Shown here one piece after another: positions 63,079-64,000 of a stretch of DNA of 64,000 nucleotides. The translations under genes and the position numbers were made by a program. Source of the DNA: Vicugna vicugna. Taxonomy: Eukaryota. Numbering within the stretch: the first letter of the stretch is position 1; every line of letters begins with the position of its first letter. Location: NCBI GenBank assembly GCA_013265495.1, contig MU057711.1:2616844-2680843 (forward strand). The letters are read 5' to 3'. The notes below the pieces were generated by a model. The model searched no databases, had not been told where the DNA came from, and saw only the letters and a program-made list of their open reading frames with translations.

Positions 63079-64000
63079 CTGCGGTGCAGAGAGAGAGCAC
63101 CTTTGAGTACATCCTGACGGAGGGTTTGAACTGCCAGAGCGAGCCCAGGAAATAAAATAATGATGATCATCATTTAAAGCAGGCCCTGGAAATGGGTGAT
63201 CGTTATCTGCAATTGTTTTAAATTACCGCCAGCATCGGCTGAGCTGTAAAAGCGAATCAAGACAAGAGTCAAAAGAAGAATAACAAACAGTGACACAGAG
63301 GCATCCTGGGCCAGGAGGAGCGGGGACCGGCTGGGCTGGGGGTGGGGTGGGGGGGGCCTGGGGGCGTTCTCAGTCTTACATGGTCAAAACTGGGCCTCAG
63401 GTTCCTGAACTGGGAAGCTTGGATTAATAAGGTCTGTGTTTTGCAAGTGTGGAACTCCAGGGAGGTGGTGTTAGGTGATCTATTGGCAGTGATAGTACAG
63501 TGAGAAAATTATTCCTTTATCTTCTCTTTCAAGAGAATGCTGATTAGGGGCACAGACTGCCTGGGTTATAATTCCACCACCATCTCTCTGTGTGGTTTTA
63601 GGTAGGGACTTTAACTCCTCTGAGCCTCAGTTTTCCCATCCATAAACCGAGGATAGGAATGGTGCCTGCCTCACTGGGTGAGGATTAAATGAGTTAATAA
63701 CCATGACATGCAGTCAGCACACAGTGTCAGTTATTGTGACCATTCCATCCCAATCAAGGGGGGTGGGGTGGGGGGAAAAAGGCTGTGTGACTCTTTCGTA
63801 GTCATTAACCTCTCCCCCACCGTGGTCTGAAACTCCATTTTCACAAAGAGAGCAGCCCCCAGGCACAGCTTTCCACCAGCCACCATAACCAGCCAGAATT
63901 TCATAACAGCACTGAGCTTTCCTTGTGTTTACTTTTGTAATGACCTTTTCTGATGCCATGAGATTCTGGTTTTTCCATTTAAGATATTTCCCTTTGAAAT

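Noticed and set aside
62191..63112. 262-aa (+) and 244-aa (-, alternative frame) ORFs overlapping SNX20
   Set aside because: Same GC3-rich codon-shadow effect; only the PX/PXB frame is recognisable.
63159..63174. Perfect 16-bp palindrome aatgatgatcatcatt near the SNX20 acceptor
   Set aside because: About one such palindrome is expected by chance per 64 kb, and it is built from low-complexity ATG/ATC triplets.
1..64000. CRISPR arrays, operons, or prokaryotic/viral defence-type systems
   Set aside because: No regularly spaced repeat-spacer arrays, no dense intronless gene clusters and no compositionally foreign insert; the window reads as continuous mammalian NKD1-SNX20 sequence.

Overview
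Mammalian genomic DNA, very probably camelid (alpaca/llama/camel), because it carries four tRNA-Ala-derived Vic-1-type SINEs. The + strand holds the last seven coding exons of NKD1 (naked cuticle homolog 1, a Wnt negative-feedback regulator), equivalent to human exons 4-10, at 7431-35029. They splice through GT-AG junctions into one open frame of 1221 nt including the stop. The - strand holds the terminal coding exon of SNX20 (62410-63078, end of the PX domain plus PXB), convergent with NKD1. The rest is intron, 3'UTR and intergenic DNA with many old repeats (MIR, L2, L1, MLT1, Tigger/hAT MITEs). Repeat family names are from my recall of consensus sequences, not from a search. Almost all ORFs in the supplied track are spurious. 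I find no convincing new protein-coding system. The best leads are non-coding: (i) a ~340-bp CpG-retaining element at ~52.1-52.4 kb packed with inverted repeats, including a perfect 13-bp stem; (ii) a 106-bp locally templated insertion inside a Tigger5 MITE with palindromic junctions; (iii) an orphan retroposed fragment and a probable L1 3' transduction; (iv) an extended CTCF site between the two genes; (v) several TCF/LEF site clusters; and (vi) a strong in-frame cryptic donor inside NKD1 exon 5.
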